From Selaginella moellendorffii (taxonomy: Eukaryota; Plantae; Lycopodiophyta), in assembly GCF_000143415.4 (NCBI RefSeq), contig NW_003314262.1, forward strand, positions 857,878 through 921,877: DNA of 64,000 nt, in the 5' to 3' direction. Below, in pieces: positions 35,001-49,400 of this stretch. The notes beneath the pieces were generated by a model. The model was given only the letters and a program-made list of their open reading frames with translations. It was not told the DNA's origin and ran no database searches. The position numbers and the translations under genes are program-made. Each line of letters opens with the position of its first letter. Position 1 is the first letter of the stretch.

Positions 35001-37230
35001 TCTCTTTTCGCTTGACTCCCCCACATACTCACTCGCTGGCCACCGGATTTGCTTTTCCGAAACCCCGAGGACTCATTCTTAGAGAAACTCTTCTTGAATT
35101 TCCCTCTGCTAAACGTTCCCCTTGGTTTGGCCCCTTTGCTAAACGTGGATCCCGACCCTGTCGTGTTCCCCTTTTGCAGGTTATCATTGAAATGCACCTT
35201 GATGGCCGCATCCAACGCTTCCTTGTAGTTGGTCGGGTTCCACCGCATCACTTCACCGCGAGCCCAGGTTTGCAAACCTGATATAAAGGCATGGAACGCA
35301 TCCATATCCCCCATATCCGTGACAAGTATCCTCTTTGCCATAAACCCATTCTCATACTCCTGAATGGTTCCGGTCTACTTCAGCCTACTCAGCTCGTCCC
35401 TTAGATGCAGAGTAGCATTCGGAGGAACGTAAGTTGCGCGGATCCTCACCTTTATCATTTCCCAAGTGGCCACTGGTCCTTCGTTGGCCTCTGTTGTTCT
35501 CCACCAAGACTTGGCATTATCTGCCAAGTATGGTTTTGCATATGGGACCTTCTCCGAGCTCGGTAATCGCAACGCTCGGAAGTAGTCCTCCATATCGTAA
35601 AACCAATCCTCCACCACCTTATAGTCGTTCACTCCCTTAAAGACCGGTGGGGGCTTTGGTTTGTACTTGGGAACTGCCTGAAGGACTGATTCCACTTCGG
35701 TCTGTTCGACCTTGTCTGGTTTTACCTCAATCCTTGCCGAAGGTTTCGCACCTTCTGCGCTGCCAGCATCCGCAGTCTTTCGCTTTTTCTTCCGCTTCTC
35801 ATCACGCTTTAGCTTGCGTACGAGAGTCTCTAACAGGGCATTGGTCTACGCCAATTGTCCTTCTAGAATGTCCAATCGAGCCTTGGATGACCAAACCTCA
35901 CCACCAGACTCCTGTTTGAAAGTTGCTTCACTGGAGTCCTCCTCATGCAAGGATTCCTCATCCATAGCCTCCTGTTCGACCGGAGGCTCCAGCTCTGGAG
36001 GAGGTTCCGTCTCCGCCTGGGTTCGCTTACGTCCTGCCCTTGCCATCTCCCAGCAATCCGCCTCTATCCTTCGCTAGAGCTGAGGAAGAGGCTCCGATAC
36101 CAAATTGTAAGCCACAAATTTTTCCTTTCCAATTTGCTAGCTTACCTCGTCTATCCGACCAACTCTGCCTTGGCTTGTGCTAAGTTCCCTCGCCAAGGTT
36201 CCCGCGTATGGTACCAGCTCCTACTTGGTCCTACTTGGTTTCAGCTACTCACTGCACGAGCAACGGAGTGTTAGCCATCCATCTACGGATTCCCAAATCT
36301 CTCCCAATCCCCCTCCCTGGGTTAGACTAGACTTAAGGTTCAGCTACACTCCCCGCAGGCACAAGCAGCCAAGCACACCAAGCCTCTAGATTCCTAACAC
36401 CCCTTGGTACCAGAAGACTTGATCATGGGACCCTCTAAATCCCAAGTCTTGGGTGCAGCACTTGCTTCGGGACGTCGGGGCGAAACACCGTGGCCTAACG
36501 GCCCAGTATGGGTACCTCTACCCCCCCCACTTCCATCCCGAAGGGAAGGCCCAAGCTCCTAGGAAGGGCGAGGACCAATGAGCCACAAGGTACTCAAGTA
36601 GGGCACCACTCCACATGAGCCGGGAGCACCGCAGTCGGTTTCCCTTTCGGGAGTGGGAGCTGCTCTTGAGCACTTCCCTGGGTGGCCCCTCCGGCACCAC
36701 TCAAGCCCATGCTCACTCCCACCCAAGGCCCCTCGGCCCCAGTCTCAACCTCAAGTCAGTTTGGAAGCACCACTGGAGAGTTCCTTCAAGACTGGTTCCT
36801 GGACCTCACTATCCCTACTATACTTTTGGAACCCCCTGCAGCCCCCCCCCCAGGAGACGCACGCTTTGGGCTTTCACCCCTTGACCCGTATTAGTATTTG
36901 GACTTAGTCTCTGGCTCGATCTCGGACCTGATTTTGGATCTGACTTCGGATTCAGTCTCGGACTCGATCTCGGGCTCGATCTCGGACCCGATCTCGGACC
37001 GGACCTTGGACTCGACCTCGGACTCGGTCTCGGACCCAATTTCGGATCTCGGACTCCGTCTCGAACTCGGTCTCGAACTTGGACTCGAACTCGGTCCCTG
37101 AGTCGGTCTCGGACTCGATTCCGGACTCTATCTCGAACTCGGTCCTAGAGTCGGTCTTGGACTCGATCCTCGACTTGGTCCCATCCGATGAACTCTTTGT
37201 CATTTCGGTCAAGCTTTTGGGGATCCTTTA
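32007..37230 (-). mobile_element. Ty3/gypsy LTR retrotransposon (chromovirus-like pol), pseudogenised and truncated within integrase; 5' LTR ~36106-37230
   Basis: gag starts at ATG 36046. Motifs include the zinc knuckle CYNCGEAGHFSREC, protease [24 protein letters not shown], RNase H and integrase H-H-C-C and MDFITGLP. PBS TGGTATCGGAGC is at 36102-36091. Several in-frame TAG stops (35846, 35375, 34256) and frameshifts are present. Confidence 0.95.
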
Positions 37231-40200
37231 TGGGGAGTTGGTTCCTTACACCTATAAAGGATGGGGAGGATCATAAGTTCCAAATATGAAAAAAATAGAT
37301 ATCTCATTAATGACAAAAAATACCATAGTAAAGTCGTGGGAAAGGTGTTCCTAAAAGAAAAAACTTTGGTATGAATACTATGGTGCAATGTTAATTGATA
37401 GTTGGCATGAAAAACAACTGCTTTGGTCTTGGGAAAGTAAACACAAGTGAAAAGTATCATGAGAGTAGACTTATAGAACTGATCCCAAGTGTCTCAAGGA
37501 GGCCTTAAAGTCAAGTTGGTTGGTTCATAAGAACCCTTTGCGGAAAGAATATTAATGGAAATGGGATTGGTATAGCCTCAGTTGGAAGGCATGCAATTTA
37601 AGTGTGTGGACCCAAATAATAATGAAGGTGTGAAAGCACTAATAATGAGTTATAGGACTTGACAACTATGAGGCGATTAAGCAAAATATGTAGCATAATT
37701 GATTGGATTGGTAGAACTTAACTTCCCAAAACTTTTTATTGGGATAAGAAGGTTAAATATATCCCATCGGGGGATAAATTGTTTATGTTGCAATATAGTA
37801 AGTTAATATCATAAAGGAAAATACTCATTATCAAAGAAGGCCATCATTGGGATATCTAAACACTCTAAAACACCAAAAAGTGGTGTTTGATATTATGAGG
37901 GCATTAAATAAAGCCCAATGGACTACGTCCCTAAAGAATAATGGATAAAAAGTGCTATTCAATATCCAAAGTTGTGAAGACAAGAGGAGTCTATTTATTC
38001 GAATTAGGCAAAGCCAAAAAGGATTTTGGCAAGGCTAATGACAGGCATATAAAGGTCCATAAGTAGCAATGTTAATCTTAATGTATGGGATTATGAGGTG
38101 AGCATATCCAGATTGAAGAACCACTCTCTAGGCTATCAGGTAAGTTCATCCCTAAGAATACTTGCTAAGGCATGGTAGAATGTGCAAAATTATCCTTCTA
38201 GTCAGGAGAAGAATAACCAAAGAAAACGTATGAGGCCATAATCAAGTAGTAAAGGGATAGAATCAAACTATAGTAATTGAAAGGCATAACAAAGAGTGAT
38301 TATGCAAGTTGGGAGTGGAAAATCAAGTAGGTGCTCAAAAGTGTTGTTACTGACAGTTATGATGCCATGGAGAGTCTAAAGTGTGGAATTATCCATGCTA
38401 GACTATATGCAAATTAAAAAGCTTGTGGAAGGAGAAACTTTAGCAAGCTAAGGGATAAAGTCCCTTCAAAGTTCCCAAGGACAATTTTAGGCAAGTTAGT
38501 ACATAGAAAAATAACTATAAATGGTTCATAGAACGTATAAAATCAGAGTGGTGTAGCAAAATTATGGACTTGAAGCTTACCATAAGGCGAGGCTATCAAG
38601 GTTGGGGAAGTAGTTCCCAAGCATTCAAAGATATGACTTTGAATGAAAATTAATGGTTAAGGACTTTCACGTTTATGCATGAAACCATGTTATGCTGGTC
38701 AAATGACTTGCTAAGCGAGATTGGCAAGTTAGGGGAATAAAGATTCTAATTGAAGGTGTTGACTTCAAAAAGGTTGGCCCATAGGGTCAAGTATGGAGGA
38801 GTTTATACATGATCACAGATTTGAAACTTGCCATAAGGCAAAGTTATCAAGGTTGGGGAAATAGTTCCCAAGCATTCAAAGAGATGGCTTTGAATGAAAA
38901 TTAATGGTTATAGACTTTCACTCTTATGCATGAAACCATATTATGTTAGTTAGATGACTTGCTAAGCAAAATTGGCAAACCAAAGAAACAAAGACCTTAA
39001 TTAAAGGCGTTAACTTCAAAAGGGGTGGCCTATGGGGCCAAGCATGGAGGAGTCTATACATGATCACAGATTTGTTAAGCGAGAGGATTTAGCAGTTTAG
39101 AGGAACTAAGTTCCTAAGCTATGATCCGAAGCACTCATTGAGTATAATTTTATGCACTGGCATGGGGAGTCACGCCAGGCATCTTAAGTGATGCCATCTA
39201 TAGATGCATATATGGAGGTTGGGTTTGAGTCCCAACCCTTTAATACTTGGGTTCAAGTCCCAACTCATTAAGGCATGGTGATGGTTTGGAATATGAGGTC
39301 ATTTATCTTTTGGTGGTCATAAATTCTCAATAAGGAGATTGGCTTGGGCACACCACTAAGTGAGGGATGTTCCAGAGTCATGATGCATGGTTAGATTACT
39401 TAGAGTGAAAGCTTGGTATATCTAAACTGAACACTTTGGTGTAAGTGGCACTAAAGATGTGGTGATTGAGATGGGGACACCCAATTTCAGTTATTATGAA
39501 CCCTTAGCAGGAAGGGCTAAGTTAGGTGTACCACCAAGTGTGGGGGATGCCCCTAGGGTCATGATCAACAACATAAAAGTCTAAAAGACCTAGTATTTAT
39601 TAGCAAACCTATAAGGTGTCAAGGCTAGATCATTAGGTGATCTTATGGCTAAATTAGGACAAGTTTTTATGAGGTTAAGGAATAAGGTTCCTAGTTTAAA
39701 ATATAAATTTGAACTATTAGTAATTATGTGGCTTGGTCAAAGTGACCAAGTGGGAAAGAAATCTAAGAGAAATGAACTGCAACAATGTAGTGGTATTGTG
39801 AATCCAAGAAAATAATATTTAAGAAAAGGACTTATAGGTGGGTCGTAAAGTTGAGCCGTGGATAGAGCTTATAGCAAAAAATGCTAAAGAGAGCTACTAG
39901 AAGTGAACACCCTCTAGACTTGGCAAAGCAGAACCTTTACTATAGAATTGAAAAGATATCTCAAGGATAAAGGTAGTGATCCTATATTCCATGGTGCAAC
40001 AATCAAAGGATAGTAGTAAAAGGTTAGTGGCTAAGATTGGGTTATGGAAATCATTAGAAGGAATCTAAATGGCAAAGTTAGGCAAGGAACACTCATGTGT
40101 TGAATGCTAACGAATTGTGGGAAAAGACATATGTTTTTAAAAATGGATTGCCAAATACTCCAATTTAGCAAAAGTAAAAAGCTCTAAAAGAGATGGAATA

Positions 40201-40440
40201 GTGAAGTTGCCAAATAACAAGACTATAAATAACCCTAGCACAAATTATGGATGAGTGGACTTATGCTAATAGTGGCATGAAATAAAAGAGAGGATGATGG
40301 TGCCCTCTAATAAAGAACTTCCTAAAATGGGAAAGTAGGGTTTGCATAACCAATGCAACATAAGGTGTCAGACACACCTAGGAAGTTGACTTTGAAAAGT
40401 CAAAATTAAAAGTTCTAAAGTGTGATAGTTATGTTGATCC
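37230..40440 (+). mobile_element. Old copy of the non-coding element internal region (continuation of 22728-24487), with a ~250-bp tandem duplication at ~38570-39070
   Basis: Colinear with ~26900-29880 with many C->T/G->A changes. Confidence 0.88.
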
Positions 40441-41893
40441 CCAAGTCTGAGTTCAACTAGAGTCCGAGGTCGAAGCCCATGACTGACATCCAAAGGTACC
40501 ACTGACATATTAGCCCTTTACAGGCCATGCCCATTCATCTTTGTTACATCGGTGATCCAACACCACTTGTATCACAGTCCCATCTCTCAAAGACTGAGCT
40601 ATCTGTTCATGATTGACCATCCCAGATCCACTCCTTAGCATCCTTAGGATGCCTACAGACATGGGGAACAACCTTCCCCAATATCACTTTTTCGATCCCC
40701 ACCAAGTCCCTTTCCGTCCATGGCTGTATTTGCCAACACTGCCATTGAGTTAAGGCTCAAAGGCCCACCATTGACTTCTAGGACTTCCTTGCCACATGAC
40801 CACATCCTTGGTCACCACATAAGAGGACCACTCCTNNNNNNNNNNNNNNNNNNNNNNNNNNNNNNNNNNNNNNNNNNNNNNNNNNNNNNNNNNNNNNNNN
40901 NNNNNNNNNNNNNNNNNNNNNNNNNNNNNNNNNNNTGGCCAAACTCGCTCCACTACAATCTTCCCCCTACTATAGCTTGGGAGCTCACCAAACCCCCTAG
41001 GGTCTAGAAGACGAATGCTTTGGGCTTTCACCTTCGGACTTGAACTCAGACTTAAACTCGGACTCAAACTCAACCAAGGCATGGAACACATCTATGTCAC
41101 CCATGTATGTGACAAGGATCCTCAGACAAGGATTGGGATTGGGACGTGGTTTTGGTTTTGGTCTTGGTCTTGGACTCTTTATCGGCCTCAACCTCGGACT
41201 CTTATTCAAGTTTGAGTTCCAGTCTGAGGGTGAAAGCCTAAAGCATTCGTCTCCTAAACCCTAGGGGGTTTGGGGAGCTCTAAAAGTATAGTAGGGGGAG
41301 GATTGTAGTGGAGCGAGTTTGGCCAGGAAAGGCTAGTGTGACCAAAGAAGGATATACCCATATGTTGGGTGGTGATATAACCATTGAGGAGTATAAGGCT
41401 AGACTGAATATGGATAGACAAGTGGGGTAGCTTGCTGAAGTGTTCAAGAGTCAGCTCTAGCTCCCTCGGGGGATTGAATGGTCGATGCTCCCAATCTAAG
41501 TGTGGGTGGCACTACATACTTGGATACCTGGCATGGCTCATTAGAATCTTGCTCTAGCAACATGGGTAGGGCACCCAAAGGTGGAAGGTGAGGAGAGTAC
41601 CCATAAGGCTCATATAAAGTTGTGGTGTTTTGAAATGTTGTCCTAACAAAGATGAATGGGCATGGCCTTACTATAATAGGCTAATATGTTAGTGGTACCT
41701 TTGGATGTCAGTCATGGGATTGGATATATAGAGCACTGGGACCAAGTGCAAAGGTTGAGTGGCATAGATGCCATTCTCGGAGCAAATCCCTAAGTTTGGA
41801 ATAAGACTTATGGAAGTTGTGAGTAAGACTCCTTCAAGTGGTCGGATGTGTGGTTAAGGGACTAAAGTAGAATGGAAAATTTAGTCACTTACA
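40440..41893. mobile_element. Jumble of LTR fragments of the non-coding family in both orientations (reverse ~40480-41040, forward ~41225-41893), a short gag scrap (~41078-41125) and an N gap at 40836-40935
   Basis: The gggtgaaagccc...ctccaaaagtatagtagg motif is present on both strands. The forward fragment ends ...cacttaca at 41893. The gag scrap matches 35288-35335. Confidence 0.82.
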
Positions 41894-44800
41894 CTATCCT
41901 TTTAGTTTGGAGGAGAATAACAAAAGAGAATGTGTAGGGCTGAAAACAAGTAATAAAGGGATAGAACCAAAATCATAGAAATCAAAGAGCATAATAACCA
42001 AAGGTGGTTATACAAGTTGGGAGTGGAGAATTAAATGGGTCCTTAAACATGTTGCTACTAACAATTGTGGTGCTAAAATGAGTCTAAAGTATAAAATTAC
42101 CCATGTTAGACCATATGGTAGTTAGGAAACTTATGAAAGAGGAAGCTTTAGCAAGCTAAGGGATAGAGTCCCTTCAATGTTTTCAATGTTCCCAATAATA
42201 ATTCTAGGTAAGTTAATATCTAAAATGCCAAGTGTAAATGGTTTATAAGAATGCACAAAATTAAAGTGGTGCAGCAAAAGCGTGATCTTGAAGATTGCCA
42301 TAAGGCGAGGCTATCAGGGTTAGGGAAATGGTTCCCGAGTGTTCAAATAGATGCTTTTGAATGAAAGTTGATGTTTGAGGACTTTCATGCTTATGCATAT
42401 AACCATGTTACACTAGTCAGGTGACTTGTTAAATGATGATGGCAAGTCAAAAGAACAAAGATCCTAGTTCAAGGTGTTGACTTCAAAAGGGGTGGCCCAT
42501 GATACCAAACATGGAAGATTCCATGCATGATCATAGGCTAATTAACTAGTTTGTCAAGTGGAAAGACTTGAAAGCTATGATGAACTAAGTTCCTAAGTTG
42601 TGATTTGTAACATGCCTTGGGTATAAGTTAATGCACTAGCATGGGGAATCATGTTAGGCATCTTGGGTGATGCCATCTGTAAATGTATATGCGGAGGTTA
42701 GGTTCGAGTCCCAACCCTTTAGTGTTTGGGTTCGAGTCCCAACTCACTAGGGTGTGGTGATGGTTTGTGTAGTGCACCTTATCTCTCTCCCCTTAAGCCA
42801 ACTGGAAAAGGGGTAATTGCTTGATGAGAGAGCCCTTAGTGGCTATTTTATCCCCATTTATCCCCCAAGGTTCCAAGGATCCATGGTGATAGTATATCCA
42901 AATCTCATCCCATGATCACATGTGCTATAGTTTGGATTATGAGGACACTTATTTTTCAGTGGTCATGGACTCTCAGTAAGGAGGCTAGCTTGGGCACATT
43001 GCCAAGTGGGGGATGCCCTAGAGTTGTGATGCACAATTAAATTGCTTAGTGTGAAAGCTCAATATATTTAACTTAAACACTTTAGCGCAAGTGGCACCAA
43101 AAATATGGTGAATGAGATAGGGATATGTAGTCTTAGTTACTATGGACCCTTGGCCTGAAGGGCTGGGTTGGGCACACTACCAAGTGTGTGGGATACGTTC
43201 GGGGTCGTGGTAAATAGTTTAGAGGTATAGTAGACCTAGTGCTTATTGGTAAACCCATTAAAATTTCTATATAGGATCACTAGGTGATTCCATGGCTGAT
43301 AGTTAAGGATAAGTTCCTTGGTGGGTTAGAGAATAATTCAAAGTAGTGATTTGAACAAATAATATAGTGTGACTTGGTCAAGGTGACCTTGTGGGAAGGA
43401 CACCTAAGGGAAATGAGCTGTGACAATGTAATGGTATAGTGAATTCAAGAATGTAGTCTCTAAGAAAGACATATGGGAAGGTCATAAAGTTTAGCTATGG
43501 ATAAAATCCATTATAGAAAATGCTAAAGAGACTTATTAAGAGTGAACACCCTTTGGACTTAGCAAAGCATAGACTTTGCTATGGAACTAAAAGAATACTT
43601 GGAGGTAATGATTCCATGTTATCTAGTGCAACAATCAAAAGATAGGAGCAAAAGATTAGTGGCCAAGAATGGGCTATAAAAATCATTAGAAGGAATCCAA
43701 ATGACAAGTTAGACAAAAAAACATCCATATAGTGGATGCTAATGGATTATGGGAAAGAAAATATATTTCTAATTAGGGATTCCTAAATGGTCTAATTTGG
43801 CAAAGGTGAAATCTCTAAGGGAGGGAGCAACAAGGTAGCTAAATGATACGGTTGTAGACAACCTTAACACAAATTACAGATAAATGGAACTTAGTGCCTG
43901 AAATGGCACAAAATACAAAAAAGGATGATGATGCCCTCAAGTAAAGAACTTTCTAGAATGGGGAAGTGGAGTTTGCACATGTGCAATATAAGATATTGGT
44001 GACACTTAAGAAATTGACTTGATAAGTAGTTCCTAAGTTTGATGATTATGTTGATAGAAGTTGAGACGACTTAGAACTAAGTAGTGGGATTGAGGTAAAG
44101 AAGATGTCTCTAACAAGTTTAGGGAGAACTAAACAAACATAGGAGAAAGACCATCACATGTGATCAAATAAGTTTCTAAGTTTAAAAAATTATGCTTCTT
44201 AAAGGATGGGTAAGGCATAATAAGCCTTTAGTGTCAAACCATTAATGAATATTAGCTTGGTGCTAAGGATGAAATGGTAATCCATGATAAGATTACTTTA
44301 TAAAATGATTTATCATTCAATAAAGATATTGAACTTTGTCTATGGGTGGTGGAGTTGTGAGACATAAATCCCTAAGTCCCAAAGTGGACTCAAGAGGGTG
44401 CCACATGGTAGTGGCCAAAATAGAAGCCAAACTCTTGGACTAAAAACTTCGACTCGAAAAGCAAGAGTGGAACTCCTAATGAAGTCTCGAAGAACGAGTA
44501 TGAAGCAATTAATAAATGATCCTCTAGAAAAGGGATACAAAAGGATCAATACATAACATATGGAAGTGTCAAGATAGAGTCTGACATGGACCCGAAATGA
44601 AGTCTGAGAAGGAGTCCAAGAAGGAGTCTGAAAAGGAGTTTGAGATGGAGTCTAAGGAGGAGTTTGAGAAGGAGTTTAGAGATGGAGTCCAAAACGGAGT
44701 TTGAGAAGGAATCTGAGATGGAGTCCAAGGAGTTTAAGATGGAGTTTGAGAAGGAGTTCGAGATAGAGTCAGAGAACGAGTTGGAGATGGAATTCAAGAA

Positions 44801-45880
44801 GGAATATAAGATGGAATATGAGAAGGGGATTGAGACTAGGACCAAGACTAAGACCAAGACTAAGACCAAGACCGAGATTGGGGCTGAGACTGAGTTTGAG
44901 CTTGAGTCCAAGTCCGCAAAGTGATCATCTCCTAAACCTTAGGTGAGCTCCAAAAGTATAGTAGGGGGGAAGACTTTAGTGGAACCAGCTTGGGTAGGAA
45001 AGGTTAGTGTCACCAAGGAAGGCTATACCCATGTGGTGGGTGATGATATAACCACTGAGGAGTCCAAGACTAAAGTGAACATTTACAAATAAATGTGGTA
45101 ATTTGGTGAAGTATTCAAGAGCAGGCTATAGCTCCCCCAGGAAATCGAATAATCAATGTTCCCAATGTAGGTGTGGATGGCATTACCTACTTGGATACCT
45201 GGCATGGCTCATTAAAACTTCACTCTAGCCATATGGCCAGAAGCAAAAGATGGGGAGAATACCCACGAGGCTTGTATTGGGTTGTAGTGTTTCAAAATGT
45301 TGTCCCAAAGTCCCAAATTGTGGAAAAGAAGAAGAGCAATCCTCTTGTGTAGTGACCAAGGATATGGTTATATGGTAGGGAAGTCCCTGAGGTCAATAGG
45401 ACTAAGTGATCAGTCTTCGGGCCCTGACATAATGGTAGTATTACCGATCACGGCCATGGACAAAAAGGGACTTAGTGGGAACTAAAAAAGGGATATTGGG
45501 GAAAGTTATTCCCTATGTCTCTAAGCATTGTAAAGATGCTAATGTGTGGTAATGGAATGACCCTTCATAGACAGATGGCCTAGTTTTTGGGAAATGACTA
45601 TAGTATGGATGGTCTTGGACTACCCACGAGACAAAAATGAATGGCTATAGCCTTAGTGTAATGAGCTAATATATCAATGGTACTATTGGGTGTCTGTTGT
45701 GGGATTGAACATGTGGAGCACTTGGACCAAGTGCAAAGGATGAGTGGCATAAATGCCATTCACAAAGTTAGCATATCCCCAAGTCAAGAATAAGACTTAT
45801 GAAGGTTGTGAGTGAAATTCCTCCAAGTAGTCAAAAGTGGGTTAAATGATTAAAGTAAAAAAAAAAATTAGTTGCTTACA
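41894..45880 (+). mobile_element. Third decayed copy of the non-coding element: 3' part of the internal region, purine-rich tract and 3' LTR (44356-45880)
   Basis: Colinear with ~27895-30040. GGGTGGTGGAG lies just before TGTGAGAC at 44356, and the LTR ends gttgcttaca. Confidence 0.88.
42768..42929. mobile_element. 162-bp insertion, probable solo LTR
   Basis: Flanked by the 5-bp TSD GTTTG (42763-42767 and 42930-42934). Termini are TGTAG...CTATA. It is absent from the homologous sites at 28737 and 39283. Confidence 0.8.
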
Positions 45881-46491
45881 CACGCAAAACCATTGGAATA
45901 ACAACTAAAGCCTTTCCATCTAGAATTCTTTTAGCATTCAAGAACTTCTTCATATTGGCTAGCCAAGCCAGACAGTCATCCATGCCAGCATCACCCAAAA
46001 AAGCTAGAAGTTTGAGCCGATCCACCAAAAAAGTCTTATTTAGAGCACCACCACTGCCAACCTCAAATGCCTCAACACACCCATGCATGATAGCTATCAT
46101 GCTATGCATCTCTTTTTGCATCTTTTTTTAGTTTTTATTGAGGACTTGCAACTTATGAACAATATCATGGATAGTTTAAACCTTTGCAACTTTATTGGCA
46201 CCACCATTTACATTAGGATTCCAGCATTCATCTTGGTCAGCCATCACAATTAACCTCCATTTGATACTAATGTTATGACCTGGGGCTAAATAACAAGACA
46301 AAGAGGCCTAAATTATACTATGCCTCCTCTTAGAGTTCCTCACCACCCAACCACCCCTAATCTATCTCAAAAGATCCACTATATTGCTACTCCATTGTGA
46401 GCCCTTAAGGTTAAATTCTTTACCCTAAGTCCATGCTTTAATATACCCTTGTACCCCATATTGACTATATGGTCAAAGCTAGCATCTAACA
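45881..46491 (-). mobile_element. Relic of another LTR element: gag-like fragment, degenerate PBS and a short LTR-like segment (46271-46491)
   Basis: Gag-like motif KLLAFLGDAGMDDCLAWLANMKKFL. The segment is bounded by TGTTA...TAACA and followed on the minus strand by ttagtatcaa. Confidence 0.5.
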
Positions 46492-49400
46492 TGAATCCAT
46501 GCTTTGGCTGAAGGGATTTTACCTAGGGTATGGAAAATTCTTTAAACTGTTCATGATTTATAGTATAAATAAACTAGAACCTAAATAATTCATAAATTAA
46601 AATTAATTTAATTATAAGTATTTATTAGGTGGCACTATTAATATATTATATATATTTTAAATTAGAATTAATTTTAAAAGTAAGTTGAATACATTTAAAT
46701 TAGGTTATTATATATCTGAATAAGTTCATAAGTTCAAAAATTAAAGTAGAAAATATATTTTCTGATTTATTGATTATTTGAGCAATATATTCCAAAATTT
46801 TGATCTAAAAGTCACTTTGATAGTGACTAAAGCTCTTTTAAAAAATAGTACATAAAAAATCAATATAAAAAATTATTATGAATATGCCACTATGCGAAGG
46901 CTTACAATGAAGATGATGAGCCTTTGGGACCTCAAGTCCAGTGTCCCTAGCAGTGACCACCACAAGCAAAAACTAGTTCGCATTAGTTTTATGACCAAGT
47001 TTTTCTTAGATTTTCTAGTGTGGGCGAGTGTCCTACATTATGACTGTTTTGGCTGAGGGGGAGTATGGGGAGAACGCCATAGGATGGGACAACTGGAGCA
47101 CCATGAGACACCATGGAAAGCTAGAGTATATAGAGAGAGTGCTTGATGTGACATTTATCATGCTCCTTTTTCTGTTTCCAATAGGATGATCTTTCAAGGA
47201 CTTTTTTAGCCACTGACAAACATTAACTATGTTGTACAAGTCTCTGTAAATCCTGTAAATCCAGGTGTAGGTTTTGTTCGTGCACCAGTTTCTGTTCTTT
47301 CTTCCCGAGAAAACTTTTAACCTTGGAGTGCAGTTTAGCATGCTCATTGATCACGTGAGGCCTATATAAGAGATGCTGCAGGTTGAGATAAACACCATCT
47401 CATCTTCTTTTGCTGGCCTTGATTCACTTGTAAGCTAGTTGTAAAGGTAGTCAGTCACTCATGTCTTTCTGAGGAACGTCATTAAAAGAATCAAGCATTT
47501 ATTAAAAGAGTGACTCTGCTGTTGCTGCCAGACTCGCAGACACAGACTCGTATGTCAGTGCACAAAGTTGTACTTGGTGATGTCTTGGGACTTGCTTAAA
47601 AGGAATTTGGGAACACAAGGTTAGTGAATGCATGTTTTATAAAACTATTCTCTGTTCTTTGTTGCACAATGAAACGAGTGTATGTAATAGTGTTATCTCT
47701 TGCCTATTCAAATTCTATATTTATCTTTTATATTTTGATTTAGTATGTGCCTTGTCTTCTGCCGTCGAGAAGACGAGGTAACCGAGAAATCTACGTAGCT
47801 CGCATGTCCATTAGCATGGTCAAAAACTGTGGCGTTGTAGCTTGCAGTAACCAAGCTTCAATTGATCTCGTGGATAGTCCTGCCAACAAATATTGTCACC
47901 AAGAGAAATACTAGAAAAGAAAAAAGAATTTTATTCTAGCAATCTCCTCACAAACTGCTTCAACTTCACCCCATGATGCTACTTGCAATCAATATCTTAG
48001 AAAGATGGAGAAAGAAATATTTGGCATCTACACACCACTGATCATGAAACTCTATGAGCTCAAGAAGCTTCATAATAAAAAACGTTTCTACTCCGCCCAG
48101 CAGAGATTTGGTCCCAGCTAGTGTTTGACTTAAAAAGAACATTGAAAGAAACGAGATACCCATAGAGATGTATCAATGATAAACTATTTCATGGTTTATC
48201 GCTGGAGCTTGCCACGTTGTCACCTTACAACTTAGCATCGTATCATCCGCTTGAACTTAAACGAAAAAGAGCCACGACAACGGTATACACATGGAACATA
48301 AAAAATGCCGCTTCCAATCAACCTGTTAACAAGATAAGTTCAAACCGGGAAGCTAGCTGGCGAGGGAAGTATGCTGCTGCCAAGAGCAGGGTGCTGCAAC
48401 ATGCCACATGCCAAGTAAAGGAACAGCATACAAGATTTGACAAGGGAAAACTTTACTGGATGGTTTTCTGTGCGAGAATCAGGAAGCATATGTTTTTGTG
48501 GTTTAACAACAGAATTTCCTACATCTCGCATCAAGAGAAAGGCCAACATGTGAGCTAGACATTTGATCTCTCTTCTCACTCACTCGCTCTTTACTGTATC
48601 TTCTATTCGCTCTTCATTGAGAGTGCAGTTCCAGGGTCTAACTGTTTCTTTCGTCATGTATTTTATTTTTAAAACTAACCTTAGACATAGATGTTTTAGC
48701 ATATCATCAGATTTGCCATACAGAGAAAATGCCCACGACGACAGATCCAAGACAACAACCATGGGTTTCCTGTGCTTTAGTGCAAAAAGTTACTCCTTTC
48801 GAATTCTTTTGTCTCTTAGTAGCTGGACCAGGAAGTAAACGAGCTTGAAAATCGAGAGAAAAGGATTCAGCTTCATCCAGATACTTCTCTAGGTCATTGG
48901 AAATTTTCCTTCCATCTTGTCATCAGGGCCACCAGTCCAGAATAAAGAAATCAATCTTGAGGTAGTAGGTGAATCTCACGGGGCTTTGTTCCCTAGGTGG
49001 ATCACTCCCCTCAACCCGAAACTTCCACATGACCGTCGGAGGGACTTGCAGGTAAAACCAATGTGCATCAGCAACGGATTCATCCCTTTTTAAGCCATAA
49101 AGCAAAGAATGATTGGCTCAAACTCGTCCAGTGGCTTGTCCAAGGCCAAAAGGATACTTCTAATAAGAGCTGGCCATGAAGCTCGTCGGCAATCAAGAGC
49201 TGCAGCAGGCCTCGAATACCACAACAAATGTTTCTCTGAGGGGAATGTGGAACACCACTTTATCTTTTTTTTGCTTGTGGCACAAGGATTGGTTTGGCAC
49301 ACAATCTGTTCTACACGTGAGCTTTGGGAGTTTGGCACTACTTATGTTTAGAGTTATGTACCAAAGCAATCACAGGGACTCTTGGCATTGTGGCAACTGA

